64,000 nucleotides of DNA from a virus. Each line of letters begins with the position of its first letter. The stretch's first letter is position 1. The translations under genes were made by a program, and so were the position numbers. Below are positions 8,889-18,800 of the stretch, one piece after another. The notes beneath the pieces were generated by a model, which saw nothing but the letters and a program-made list of their open reading frames with translations, was not told the origin of the DNA and ran no database searches. The stretch is from positions 300-64,299 of the IMG/VR virus record IMGVR_UViG_2842357229_000002. One strand, given 5' to 3'.

Positions 8889-8915
8889 TGGGTGAATTTT
8901 GCTGAGAATGTCACG

Positions 8916-10544
8916 TTAAAGCTCCACATCTAGGATGAGGAAGTCTTTCACGCCGAAGTAGATGGATCCTGAAGTAAAACCTGTCCCGCCCATATTAATA
9001 TAGCCTGCATTGGGTGTGACTGATGTGGGAGTGATCGTGGCTGCGGTTTCAGACCCGCCGCCAATCCTGATCATGCCGCTACTGCCAGAGGAGGGAATCA
9101 CACTTGGATTCGGCGTGCCACGCATCGTTCCAGTGTAATACGCCAAGGTGATCTGCGTAGTACTGAAGGCTTGGCCGACAGCGCCCGCACCGGCTTTTCG
9201 GCAATACCGTTCACACAGCGCCAGGTCCTGCTCGATATGCCGCGGCGCGTACGGCCATGTCTCACTCGATGCATCACCGCGCACCAACCCCCACACCATA
9301 TCGAGCATGACGTTCTGAGCCGCCGTCTGATCCGTCCACATGAAGACGATGAGGTTGTTGCATGAAGAGCTGATCGTCGCCTGAAGCGACCACGGCGTTA
9401 TGGTATTCGCTGTCGGGGTGATGGAGCCAACTGCGGCCACCGTTAGGCCGGACGCAAGGAAGAAGTTGCCTGCAGTGAACGTGCCGCTCGCCCAGTTGTT
9501 TACCACATCCGATGTGACGGTATCTGCGGTTCCGGTCCACTCAAGGATAGCGTAGCGAATGGTCTGGCTTGCTGAGCAACGCACAAACCCGCCTAGCGTC
9601 ACCGGCTTGCCGCGGACACGTTTGGCGGCGTATGCTTCTACGATCTGTGCATTGCCCATGCGCTGCGCGCTGGCCTGTGACTGCGTCAACCGCATCATGT
9701 ATGGCAGCCCATCGGCTACGTCCGTGATGACTGTCGGCGTGATGGATGCCGTTTGCACCAGCGCATAGTGCCGGTCGCACCAGTAAACGTCGTCCCCGCC
9801 GTACGCGACGGCGTTGATCCGCGTGTTGATCGCACCATCACCATTAATGAGCACATCGCGCATGCCGCCGAGCGGGCCGCCATTAAGGCTCGCCAGCGCC
9901 GAAATAGCTTGGCTTCCCATGTTTAGCGGGCCGGTCATCGTCCCGCCGGCCTTGTCCAACTTTCCGGCAACCGTGGTGGTTAAATCGGTGATCTGCTTTT
10001 GCAGTTTACCGAGCGCAGACAATATATTATCAGTCGTGCTTATAACCGCATTCGTCGCCGTACTAAGCCCTGTCAACACGGTGGCGAGGACGCGCGCCGC
10101 TGTGAAATATAGGTTCGTTGAGCCTTCCGTTACCGAATCCGTCGAGCTTGGAGACGGCGAAATTTCTACGTACGAGCTACCGGACCAACGATAGATTTTT
10201 CCCGTATCGTCGGCGACGTAGATTATGCCTGTGCTGCCTGTGCCAGGGAACGCCGCAAGATTGGCGTATTCCAGCACGTCATCCACGTATGATGGCAGTT
10301 GAGCGGCCGGAACCTTGCCGCCGCTATCAAGGCCGGCATAGCCGTTCGCCATGCCCTTATTCGCCGAATGTTCGGCGTCGGTAATGCCATACCCGGTCAG
10401 CGTTGTTGGCTTACCGGTTATGTCAGCCCATGCATTACTGCCGGGCGGTCCCTGAATTCCCTGCGGACCAGTTGGACCCTGCGGGCCAATGACAGCCACC
10501 TCCACGACGTTCGTGGACACTTCCAGAACTGTAACCTGATCCAT
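8916..10544 (-). CDS. Fibre/receptor-binding-like protein with a short collagen repeat
   Basis: GPQGPTGPQGIQGPPG, WADITGKPTTLTGYGITDA and KVPAAQLPSYVDDVLEY fibre-type motifs; beta-rich C-terminus. Confidence 0.65.
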   Translation of the reverse strand: MDQVTVLEVSTNVVEVAVIGPQGPTGPQGIQGPPGSNAWADITGKPTTLTGYGITDAEHSANKGMANGYAGLDSGGKVPAAQLPSYVDDVLEYANLAAFPGTGSTGIIYVADDTGKIYRWSGSSYVEISPSPSSTDSVTEGSTNLYFTAARVLATVLTGLSTATNAVISTTDNILSALGKLQKQITDLTTTVAGKLDKAGGTMTGPLNMGSQAISALASLNGGPLGGMRDVLINGDGAINTRINAVAYGGDDVYWCDRHYALVQTASITPTVITDVADGLPYMMRLTQSQASAQRMGNAQIVEAYAAKRVRGKPVTLGGFVRCSASQTIRYAILEWTGTADTVTSDVVNNWASGTFTAGNFFLASGLTVAAVGSITPTANTITPWSLQATISSSCNNLIVFMWTDQTAAQNVMLDMVWGLVRGDASSETWPYAPRHIEQDLALCERYCRKAGAGAVGQAFSTTQITLAYYTGTMRGTPNPSVIPSSGSSGMIRIGGGSETAATITPTSVTPNAGYINMGGTGFTSGSIYFGVKDFLILDVEL

Positions 10545-10906
10545 TACGCCGCCTCAAATTGATTTTTATAAATCGTCATGGTGCCGCTAAGAATTGTGGT
10601 GACGCATCCGTCCAAGTCGGTGATGCGGATCTGGTAGTCAGCGGTCGAAACCTTCGGCAACTCGTCGGTTTGTGTTGCGGTCGCGTGAAAGGAAATAGTG
10701 CCATCTGCGCCTACAATCGTGCCGGCGAGCACGAGGACGTCCGTCACCTTCACGCGGCCAAGACCGCGTTCGTAGGTGTACTGAATGGCCATTTCTGCCG
10801 TGTAGCCGGTAAGGTCGACGACCACACCGGCCGCCTTATAGGTTAGCGAGAAATCGAAGCAGTCGCCCTTGATGAGATAGGTGTCATATCGAGGCCGTGT
10901 CGGCAT
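10544..10906 (-). CDS. BppU-like Ig-fold adaptor protein
   Basis: KGDCFDFSLTY...VDLTGYTAEM...YQIRITD...TILSGTMTI pattern; coupled to the fibre gene. Confidence 0.55.
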   Translation of the reverse strand: MPTRPRYDTYLIKGDCFDFSLTYKAAGVVVDLTGYTAEMAIQYTYERGLGRVKVTDVLVLAGTIVGADGTISFHATATQTDELPKVSTADYQIRITDLDGCVTTILSGTMTIYKNQFEAA

Positions 10907-10909
10907 ATC

Positions 10910-11212
10910 TTATCCTGCTCTGGTGGTGCGCGTACGCTCAAAGGCGCGATCAAGGCGCTCGTGCAGACCGTCAATTCGGTTGCCTACACCTTCGATGGCG
11001 CGCAGAAGCTGCGCGGTCTGTTCCTGCATGCCGGCTTTGGTGGCGAATGTTTCCGCGGCGTGGAGTTTGTGGGCGGCAAGGTCTGCTTCCGCTTTTTCAG
11101 CTTTATCTCGAGCTGCATCAATCTTGCCCTCAACACGCCACCAAATGGTGAGAATTAGGCCGATTACGGGAACCATCGGCCCGACGGCCGCGATCAAATC
11201 AGCACCACTCAT
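10910..11212 (-). CDS. Single-TM coiled-coil protein of the lysis region
   Basis: One hydrophobic segment followed by a coiled coil; directly after the spanins. Confidence 0.6.
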   Translation of the reverse strand: MSGADLIAAVGPMVPVIGLILTIWWRVEGKIDAARDKAEKAEADLAAHKLHAAETFATKAGMQEQTAQLLRAIEGVGNRIDGLHERLDRAFERTRTTRAG

Positions 11213-11502
11213 TTACCACCAGCCAGTCTCTTGTCGCGATCCGCGTAGAAGTCGCGCAGCGCAGCATGACGCCGGCGGCACTCGATCAGCGCCTTACGAT
11301 CGGGTATCCAGAAGTTTTCGGTCTGCTCCTGCGTAAGCTGCTTGTCGCCGATGTTTACCGGCGCATCGCAATCCTTCGTCAAAGCTGAGTCTGGCTGCGC
11401 CAACTGCGGCGCCGGAGGCGGACTAACGTATCTTGTTGATGCGCTGCACGCTGGAAGCGCCAAGAGCAGGCTTGCCAGCGTCAGGGTCTTGATGAGCTTC
11501 AC
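11209..11502 (-). CDS. o-spanin (Rz1-like lipoprotein)
   Basis: Lipobox-like LLALPACS, Pro-rich, overlapping the i-spanin. Confidence 0.7.
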   Translation of the reverse strand: MKLIKTLTLASLLLALPACSASTRYVSPPPAPQLAQPDSALTKDCDAPVNIGDKQLTQEQTENFWIPDRKALIECRRRHAALRDFYADRDKRLAGGK

Positions 11503-11794
11503 GCTGGAGCTCCTCTATCTGGTTTTGAAGTGTGGTGGCGTCAGCCTGCATCTGTGCTATGCGTGCGGCCTCTGCCTGCTTTGCGGCGTTGTTGGCCGCG
11601 TCCTGGCGCTCGATCTCATTGGCGCGGGCTGTAGCTGCGTCAGCTTTTAGCTGTGCAATCTGCGCCGTGTAGTGCAGCTCTGCCTGTGCATATCCTGAGT
11701 GGTGCGCGTAGACATAGACGCCTACCGCCAGCAATACGACAGCCAGCGCGCCAGCCAGCCACCTGCCAACAGGAGTTGCTAGAAACGCCATCAT
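11423..11794 (-). CDS. i-spanin (Rz-like)
   Basis: N-terminal TM followed by an Ala/Gln coiled coil; after the endolysin. Confidence 0.7.
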   Translation of the reverse strand: MMAFLATPVGRWLAGALAVVLLAVGVYVYAHHSGYAQAELHYTAQIAQLKADAATARANEIERQDAANNAAKQAEAARIAQMQADATTLQNQIEELQREAHQDPDAGKPALGASSVQRINKIR

Positions 11795-12393
11795 GACGGC
11801 AGCCCCGAAATGCAGAGCTCAGCCTCGCCAATGCGCTGCGCATCGCCCATCTCGCGGCGCTTCACCAACCCAGACACAACCTGCCCGCCTGCCCGATTAA
11901 AGCGCGTCTGCATTTCGCAGGCTAGGCGATAGTTGCCCTTTCCAGCCTCGCGCACGGCGCTAGAGCGAACAAGCGCGCCAACGCCGAAATTATACGCGCC
12001 CGAAAGTTCTGAAGCCTGCACGCCAACAGGGAACGACGTGAAGCCCGGAATCTGCTTCACCAAAGGCAGGTAATAATCCTTGTAGACGCGCGCCTCTAGG
12101 ATCGCCTCGCATTGCTCCTTAGTGAAGCTCATGCCAGCCGCCACCGGCTTGCCATTGATTTCAGTTTCGCCGTAGCAGATGTCGTAAATCTTGGCGTAAG
12201 GATCCCAATGCGATTTGAGAGCAAGCCCTTCCCACGGCTTTATCAGGCTGTCGGTTGCCAGCACTACTGCAGGCGGGTGAACCGTCGGAGACGTATCGCC
12301 TACCGCATGCCAACCACCAGCAGCAGCCGCGATAATTGCAGCCACAATTGCAGCCTTGCCGCGCTTGGTGGCGACAATCTTATTTATCGGCAT
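11791..12393 (-). CDS. GH24 lysozyme endolysin, probably SAR type
   Basis: EGLALKSHWDP...DICYGET (E-x8-D-x5-T); Ala/Gly-rich N-terminal anchor KRGKAAIVAAIIAAAAGG. Confidence 0.85.
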   Translation of the reverse strand: MPINKIVATKRGKAAIVAAIIAAAAGGWHAVGDTSPTVHPPAVVLATDSLIKPWEGLALKSHWDPYAKIYDICYGETEINGKPVAAGMSFTKEQCEAILEARVYKDYYLPLVKQIPGFTSFPVGVQASELSGAYNFGVGALVRSSAVREAGKGNYRLACEMQTRFNRAGGQVVSGLVKRREMGDAQRIGEAELCISGLPS

Positions 12394-12583
12394 CAATGCC
12401 TCCTTGATCGATGATACGTCCCAGCGGCGAAAGCAGGAGAACCGCAATCGAAAGCCAACGCGGCAAATAGCCGTCTAGGTACGGGACGATATACGGAATG
12501 ATTTCGAGCGCGCCCGCGAGATAGACGAGCCGCATTGCATGCGAGCGCGCGAGAACGCGCCGCCAGTGCGGTACGAGTTTCAT
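12380..12583 (-). CDS. Putative holin
   Basis: 67 aa with two hydrophobic segments, MKLVPHWRRVL start, upstream of the endolysin. Confidence 0.65.
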   Translation of the reverse strand: MKLVPHWRRVLARSHAMRLVYLAGALEIIPYIVPYLDGYLPRWLSIAVLLLSPLGRIIDQGGIDADK

Positions 12584-12723
12584 GAGTTTGGGTGTCCTTA
12601 TGGATGGCGCGCTGAAGCGCCGTCAACAATATGCACGGCCATCGATCCTGAGAATATGGTCGATTAATGCGGCGTGGGTGACGTATCGCCACCCACAGGG
12701 GGACGCGGCCAAGAAATTCCGCA

Positions 12724-12752
12724 TTGAAAATTGCCTGGCTATGGACCTATAT
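12724..12752 (+). promoter_or_regulatory. Probable constitutive promoter of the RgpF moron
   Basis: TTGAAA-N17-CTATAT, close to the rhizobial RpoD consensus. Confidence 0.5.
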
Positions 12753-12778
12753 GGTTTTTACAACCGTTGGGGATACAA

Positions 12779-13792
12779 ATGACCGAGGAATTGCCAGAAG
12801 ATTTTGATCCAGCCCTCTACCTACTTCACAACAAGGATGTTGCCGATGCTGGCATCGACCCGAAATGGCACTACCTTACACACGGCAAAGCAGAGGGCAG
12901 GCCATACAGAGGCAATCAACTTTTGGCTAAACAAATCGCCATTGAATTGCCCCTTGGATACACCCCACATCCACACCGGATGAAGATCGCAATAATTTGC
13001 CACCTCTTCTATTGCAACTTTATCGACCATCTTTTGTCGCGCTTCGCCGATTTCCCAGAAGGCACGGACATATACATATCAACAGACACTGAAGCCAAAA
13101 GAGACGAGATCGGCAGGGCCTTTTCCTCGTGGAGAAGAGGCAACGTCTACGTCGTAATAACCCCAAACAAGGGCAGAGACATAGCGCCTAAACTGATAGC
13201 TTTCCGCGATGTATATTCAAAATATGACTTGGTCGTTCATGTACACACGAAAAAATCGCCGCATGAGGGGAACTTAAAGAATTGGGGAACATTTCTTCAT
13301 GACAACTTGATGGGCTCGAAAGAAATCATCGACGGCTATATCGAGTGCTTCCGAGCCAATCCAGAATTGGGAATTGCTGGTCCTCAACACATCGAGTTTA
13401 TTCGCAATTGGGTGCATTGGGGGCCGAACTACCCTGCGGCTCGCCCTTTAATCAGGTCAATGGGACTTAAGCTTTTGGAATCCGACGCCATTGACTTTAT
13501 TACAGGGTCAATGTTCTGGGCTAGGCCAAAAGCACTGAAGCCAATTCTTGACCTGGACCTTTCGTTTGATGACTTCCCTGCCGAAAGTGGGCAAGTAGAT
13601 GGAACCTTAGCTCATGCGATCGAGCGCTTGTATTTATATGTCTGTGAGAAGGCAGGCTATAAATGGGTGAAGGTTGCGACCCCAGGCAACTTTACCAGCC
13701 TGACGAACGTCATAAAAATAGGATCCGACGACGAATTGGTTTCGTTCATTAGAGGCGAGCCTTTGTGGGTGGGGATGGCATATAACAAATAA
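12779..13792 (+). CDS. Rhamnan synthesis F (RgpF) family protein, moron
   Basis: FDPALYL...DPKWHYLTHGKAEGR N-terminus; NKGRDIAP, HVHTKKSPH, GSMFWARP, DGTLAHAIER; low GC and opposite strand. Confidence 0.8.
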   Translation: MTEELPEDFDPALYLLHNKDVADAGIDPKWHYLTHGKAEGRPYRGNQLLAKQIAIELPLGYTPHPHRMKIAIICHLFYCNFIDHLLSRFADFPEGTDIYISTDTEAKRDEIGRAFSSWRRGNVYVVITPNKGRDIAPKLIAFRDVYSKYDLVVHVHTKKSPHEGNLKNWGTFLHDNLMGSKEIIDGYIECFRANPELGIAGPQHIEFIRNWVHWGPNYPAARPLIRSMGLKLLESDAIDFITGSMFWARPKALKPILDLDLSFDDFPAESGQVDGTLAHAIERLYLYVCEKAGYKWVKVATPGNFTSLTNVIKIGSDDELVSFIRGEPLWVGMAYNK

Positions 13793-13825
13793 CTGACAAA
13801 AGGTTGCGGCGTCACACTTGAACAT

Positions 13826-13855
13826 GCGGTGGCGGTCAAATTCACCCGCCACCGC
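13826..13855. terminator. Hairpin between convergent moron and tailspike genes
   Basis: GCGGTGGCGG...CCGCCACCGC. Confidence 0.55.
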
Positions 13856-13873
13856 GTTGCTGACTGTTGCTCG

Positions 13874-16093
13874 CTAGAACGTATTGGTTGTGTTGCGTCT
13901 CGTCCACGACGCAGCGCTACCTGTGAGTGATAGACTGTAGCCGGACGGGATGAAGTTGCCAGAGGTATCGAAGATCATGCTCGTAGTACCTGCTGCAAAC
14001 GCCATGCCCTTGGAACTGGTGTCCGTATCCACCAACACCGCAGTATTATCACGCACTGTCAACTTACCGGTGAAATACAATTCAGACCAATCGATTGCCC
14101 ACGACGTCGTATTGAATATATAGTTGCCGGACACTAAAATATTAGCGCAGCCATTACCTGAGCCGGTACTGAACCCTTGTATGCCGGCACCGCCGATGTC
14201 TTGGATCGAGTTATTTCTGATGCGGATATTCGACAGACCATAACCCGCGGTGTCAGAGGTCATAAATAGACCTGAACGATACGGGTTTGGACTTACGTTG
14301 CTGACCATGATAGTATTATCTGACACGTCGATGTTTGAACCGCCGTCGAGATAAACCCCATGCCCATGGCCTTTGTTCGTAGCATAGCTGACACCATCAG
14401 GATCGACCAATGCTAGGCCAACATTTGAAATGTAGTTGCCCGTAACCTTGAGACGCTGACAATACTGCTGCAATATTGCTGGACGCGAACCCCAACCTGC
14501 TGAATACGTATGGATTGAAACACCATTACCTTTGATGTTGGTCATGATATTGTCAGCCACAAGCACATCATCGGAGTTATACAAGGCTACCCCATTGCCG
14601 CACGTACCAGCACCATTATCTAGCAGGTTGCCTGTTATGATGATATTATTCGTACGTACAGTAGTGTTACCTCCCGTAGCATCTGTTGTACAGGCGATCA
14701 TATCATCACCAGTCGACTGCACTGTATTATCCGTTACCTCGCAGAATACTGAACCGCCCGCAAGGTGGATACCATCACCCCATGCTTGCTTAATATAGTT
14801 CTTGCGAATATTCGTGTACTTGGCGTTGTTCAGCCAGATTGTCTCTGCGAAGCCTGAAAACGTGCAATTTTCAATCAGACACTTTGTACCACTCGTGGCG
14901 AAACCAATCGCTTGGTTAGCAGTCAGTCGGCTGGTAGCGTTAAGGTTCCTAAAATTGATATTACGGATCGTGAGCCCGGTTATGGCTGGATTGAAGTGCA
15001 GAAGCCATGCAGTCGGTGCCGTAGATATCTCGACAAAGCCGCAACCATTCTTACCTTCAATCAGCACATTATCAGGCCACGTTCCTATGAAGTGCCCGCC
15101 ACTGATAACGATGTCTCGGTCAACCACAATATGCTTGTTACCGTAACCGGCAATGAGCATGTTGATCATGCCTTGCCATGCAACGCTGTAGTCAACCGTC
15201 GTATTGCCGGCAGGGATACCGAACATTCCCGGAGTCAAGTATGGGGGGGAGACGCGGACATAGGCTTTCGTCGTGGGGTCGGAAACAAGGGGAACGATGA
15301 TACCCTGCGTCGGGTCGTCTGTGCCGGCAGTAGAAAAATCACCCGTAGTCAGCTTAAAAAGCCCCTCACGCCCTGCCTCTGTGAGGTACGAATACGTCAC
15401 AGTGGACGGCTGCGCCGCCATTGCGGTTCGTGTCGGCGGGAATGAATTAGGTACGGCGCCAAGCGCAGCGTCGCGTGCGGCTTCGGCGGCGGCAGCAGCC
15501 GCCTCTGCGGCAGCCTGAACGGCAGACGCAACCTGATCGTTAATGCAGCGAAAATTCGAACCCTGAATAAACCCGAACAGGATAAGACCCGAGACAAGAC
15601 CGCCGACTGAAATATCATTGCCGGAGTTCGTCTTCAGCGTGAGCGCCACTCCTCCGTTGAATGCAACAGTAACCGGGCTCGATGCATTCGTGGCAGTGAT
15701 GTTCAGCACAACCAGGGCAGAAGCGCTAACCGGTATACTGGTCGTGGCAATAATCGCATTGCCCGTTCCTGCGCCAGAATTGCTTGCGACTATAAAGCTA
15801 TACGGAAGGTCGGAGATCCGCAACCAAGACCCAGAACCGGATGCGCCAACCTTTGTATAAACGCCGTTGTAGGCGACTGTCGAGTCGCCAATCACCCACG
15901 CGGACGTGTTGGCGACATGGGCGAGGTCCGCATAAAGGAGCGCTCTTGATGCGTAAACTAGACCGCCATTTGATGTGAACGCGTTTACGATTCCTTCCAG
16001 CCATGTGCCCCAATCACGAATGTCGGACTTGGGTGGCTCGTAGGGGTCAAGCGCTGGACCGTCGGCCCAAATATTTGCTGCAAGCTGAACCAT
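13874..16093 (-). CDS. Tailspike with parallel beta-helix (pectin-lyase-like) domain
   Basis: Repeats GDGIHL, GDDMIA, GNGVAL, GNGVSI, GHGVYL with NiiiigN turns; lower-GC C-terminal part. Confidence 0.8.
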   Translation of the reverse strand: MVQLAANIWADGPALDPYEPPKSDIRDWGTWLEGIVNAFTSNGGLVYASRALLYADLAHVANTSAWVIGDSTVAYNGVYTKVGASGSGSWLRISDLPYSFIVASNSGAGTGNAIIATTSIPVSASALVVLNITATNASSPVTVAFNGGVALTLKTNSGNDISVGGLVSGLILFGFIQGSNFRCINDQVASAVQAAAEAAAAAAEAARDAALGAVPNSFPPTRTAMAAQPSTVTYSYLTEAGREGLFKLTTGDFSTAGTDDPTQGIIVPLVSDPTTKAYVRVSPPYLTPGMFGIPAGNTTVDYSVAWQGMINMLIAGYGNKHIVVDRDIVISGGHFIGTWPDNVLIEGKNGCGFVEISTAPTAWLLHFNPAITGLTIRNINFRNLNATSRLTANQAIGFATSGTKCLIENCTFSGFAETIWLNNAKYTNIRKNYIKQAWGDGIHLAGGSVFCEVTDNTVQSTGDDMIACTTDATGGNTTVRTNNIIITGNLLDNGAGTCGNGVALYNSDDVLVADNIMTNIKGNGVSIHTYSAGWGSRPAILQQYCQRLKVTGNYISNVGLALVDPDGVSYATNKGHGHGVYLDGGSNIDVSDNTIMVSNVSPNPYRSGLFMTSDTAGYGLSNIRIRNNSIQDIGGAGIQGFSTGSGNGCANILVSGNYIFNTTSWAIDWSELYFTGKLTVRDNTAVLVDTDTSSKGMAFAAGTTSMIFDTSGNFIPSGYSLSLTGSAASWTRRNTTNTF

Positions 16094-16178
16094 GCGGCTC
16101 CTCTTTGAAATGAAGAGGCCAGCACAAGGCGGGCCGTGGTTTTTATGGGGGTGGGCGGTGCGTCGTTGCGTGGCGTCG

Positions 16179-18377
16179 TCAGCTAACCGTGAATGCGCCT
16201 GTCGCTACTTCCGTGCCGCCAATACCGGAGCGGTTCAGCGCGACGATCCAGCCGTACTTAACTCCAGCGCTAAGGCCGGTAACGACATGGCTATCCGGCA
16301 AGCCCGGAGCGCCCTGCTCAGTCGGGCTTACTGCAGTAGCCGTCGCGAAGTTGTTGACCGTGTTCCAATACAGGCGAGACGCGGCATAGTTTGAGCTATT
16401 AGGAGCAGTCCAATTGTACGTTGCCTGCCCAGAGCCGCCAGTTGCGCTTGCCCCGGTCACCACGCCAGGGGGCGTAGGATCAGATGTAGAAACAATGCTT
16501 TCGATCGGCGACCATTCGCCATAGGAATCATTTGACCCTATAAAAGCAGCCTCGACGTCAAGTGTGGTGTCAGCCGGAACCGAACTCGTGTTCATGTTGA
16601 TATAGCCGCCAGACGGCGGCGCATCAGGAAACTGCTGCTCTACCCACGCACCAGCAACGCCTGAACCAATGTCCTGCACGCGATAGCGCACAACTGGCGT
16701 CAGGCTGTCATCTGCCGGGTCGATAACAACCACGCGCAGATAAACCGAACCATTGCTGGTCAGCGCCTGAATCAGATTTATTACTGGCGTTGGTATGGCG
16801 TCGGGATCTGGCGAGGCCGGAACTGGTGGCTGCATCCCTTCGTCGACGGATGGATTCCAGTCTTCGATATTTTCGGGATGCTGGTTGATTTCCATCGAAA
16901 AGCCGCCCTTCATCAGGGAGAGCAGCGCGCGACGGTTTTCGATGAGCTTGCCGTTGAGTCGCGGCAGTCGAATAGGCGTGTCTAGGCGTATCCATCGGCT
17001 GTAAATGGCATTGATGCCGGACAGCCGAACGTCAATCGAGCCTTTGACTTTCTGCTGAATACGCAGCCAGTCGCGCTTGCCAAGACGGCGAGCCTGCCGC
17101 CACTGATGGCACCAGCCGTAATCCCCCTCTTGCGCGAGGACGCGACCGGCCGAAAGTTGCGCCGCCGTGTCTTCGAAAAAGTCGGTATCGCACGTCGAGT
17201 AGTCCGTCGCCGGATAGGTGAATTTCGGAATGAGGCGGTTGCACTCATCCTCGAAAAGCACATCGTATTGGATCTGGTGGCCGATGATGTCGGCGTCGGT
17301 AAGCGTGCCGACTCGCGTCTCGCGAAACTTTCCGACCGTGAGCAATAACGCCCCGTCGCCACGTTCCGCCATCCACCCGTCGCAGGTAGCCAGGATTGCG
17401 TTGGTGCCAACCTTGGGGCTATTTTCGGTCGTGTCCCAGCCGTTGCACTGGTAGCGCTTTTCTGTGCCGCCGCCGGCCAACGGCACGTCTTCGTCGCAGA
17501 TGTCCGCTTCCTCGATCCACATATCGAGAACGGGAAGGATGGCCTTGCGATAGTCGCGTCTGGATCCGAATTCGTTGAAGCACTCGTGCCAAGCAAGAAT
17601 GAGCGCGCTGTTGCGCGTCCAGCCCCACGTCGCGGGATTGTTAGGGTCTTGTGCCGGGTCGCGATAATCCCAGCAAAGAGCGCCATCAACCTCAACCGAC
17701 AGAGACGGCGGCCCGAATGGGAAGCGCTTCTGCTGGTTCTTGGCTTCTGTCGACTCCGCAATCATCATGACGGACGCCTGTCCGTCGCCGCGGTGATTAT
17801 TGGTCCAGATGCCGGATGCGCCTAGTTCAGCTACGAGCGGCGCGTAAGCCGTCTCGGTAGGTGCGCCGATGCGCGACTGAATTCTGACGTTGTTGCCGTA
17901 TCGGCCGCCATCGTCGTTGGTCGTGAAGCCGTTGGCGTCGATCTCGACTTCATCATCGTGAAGCCAATAACGGTTGACCGATTTGATGCGGTGGCCTGCG
18001 ATTGCTTGTACGGCAAAAAGATTCTTGCCGCTTGCCTCCCAGAGCATGTAGGAACCGGCAAGCCGCATGCGCCCGACCGTCCAAATGCGATACGGCACGC
18101 CTTGCGACTTTGGCGCCTTGCCGTCTTCTGGCTTCGGCGGCTTTGGCGCGAGCGCCATTTGAATGCCGATAGAAATTGCCGTGGTGACAATCGCGGTCGT
18201 CAAGCTGCTGGCTATGCCTGCGGTTGATACGCCGAAAATCGTACCGGTTAGACCGATTGATGTGAAAAACGACGTAAGCGGCAGGGTTAGGAGCGGGGCG
18301 AATACGACTTGGCTATAAAGCGATGTGGTGCAGGACAGGTTATAGCGCTGCAGCATGCGCTGGTGGTGCATACTCAT
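16179..18377 (-). CDS. Tail tip / central fibre (gpJ-like) protein with C-terminal FnIII domain
   Basis: Tail-tip position, RYQCNG..D, DYSTCD, terminal TYNWTAP...Y..WIVA FnIII-like segment; ATGA overlap at 18377. Confidence 0.7.
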   Translation of the reverse strand: MSMHHQRMLQRYNLSCTTSLYSQVVFAPLLTLPLTSFFTSIGLTGTIFGVSTAGIASSLTTAIVTTAISIGIQMALAPKPPKPEDGKAPKSQGVPYRIWTVGRMRLAGSYMLWEASGKNLFAVQAIAGHRIKSVNRYWLHDDEVEIDANGFTTNDDGGRYGNNVRIQSRIGAPTETAYAPLVAELGASGIWTNNHRGDGQASVMMIAESTEAKNQQKRFPFGPPSLSVEVDGALCWDYRDPAQDPNNPATWGWTRNSALILAWHECFNEFGSRRDYRKAILPVLDMWIEEADICDEDVPLAGGGTEKRYQCNGWDTTENSPKVGTNAILATCDGWMAERGDGALLLTVGKFRETRVGTLTDADIIGHQIQYDVLFEDECNRLIPKFTYPATDYSTCDTDFFEDTAAQLSAGRVLAQEGDYGWCHQWRQARRLGKRDWLRIQQKVKGSIDVRLSGINAIYSRWIRLDTPIRLPRLNGKLIENRRALLSLMKGGFSMEINQHPENIEDWNPSVDEGMQPPVPASPDPDAIPTPVINLIQALTSNGSVYLRVVVIDPADDSLTPVVRYRVQDIGSGVAGAWVEQQFPDAPPSGGYINMNTSSVPADTTLDVEAAFIGSNDSYGEWSPIESIVSTSDPTPPGVVTGASATGGSGQATYNWTAPNSSNYAASRLYWNTVNNFATATAVSPTEQGAPGLPDSHVVTGLSAGVKYGWIVALNRSGIGGTEVATGAFTVS

Positions 18378-18781
18378 CCAGCGAACCTCCACGCAGCGAC
18401 GAAATCTAATTTCTTGCCCTTGGCCCCATCCGGCCCAAGCGCCAACCAAAGCGGCCCAAAGCGAATGGCGCCGATCTCTTTGGTTTCGCCACTGAGGCCA
18501 ACGGGAGCGTCAATGACGCCAACGTCGCCGTCCGCAGGCGCGTCAGTGCGAATGAAGCCTATCGGCTCCAGATGCGACGCCATGAACGGAACGAGGCCGC
18601 CCGCCGCGTCCAGCAGTGCGTGCGCGCCCTCTTCTGTGCGGTATGTTCCACGCAAGTGGGCGGCAGGGTCGATGCCAATCTGTTCGGAAATCCACGTGGC
18701 GCAAAATGTCGTGCAGTCGTCACCGCCTACCCCGCCCCACCGAAAACGGTGCGGGAGCGCCAAAAATTCGTGTAGGGTCAT
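18374..18781 (-). CDS. NlpC/P60-like tail assembly protein (DUF6950-like)
   Basis: FRWGGVGGDDCTTFCATWI; position between hub and tip genes. Confidence 0.6.
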   Translation of the reverse strand: MTLHEFLALPHRFRWGGVGGDDCTTFCATWISEQIGIDPAAHLRGTYRTEEGAHALLDAAGGLVPFMASHLEPIGFIRTDAPADGDVGVIDAPVGLSGETKEIGAIRFGPLWLALGPDGAKGKKLDFVAAWRFAG

Positions 18782-18800
18782 GATTTCTCCGCCGATGGCG

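Noticed and set aside
13874-18377. Diversity-generating retroelement or invertible tail-fibre cassette
   Set aside because: No reverse transcriptase, template/variable repeat pair or invertase seen
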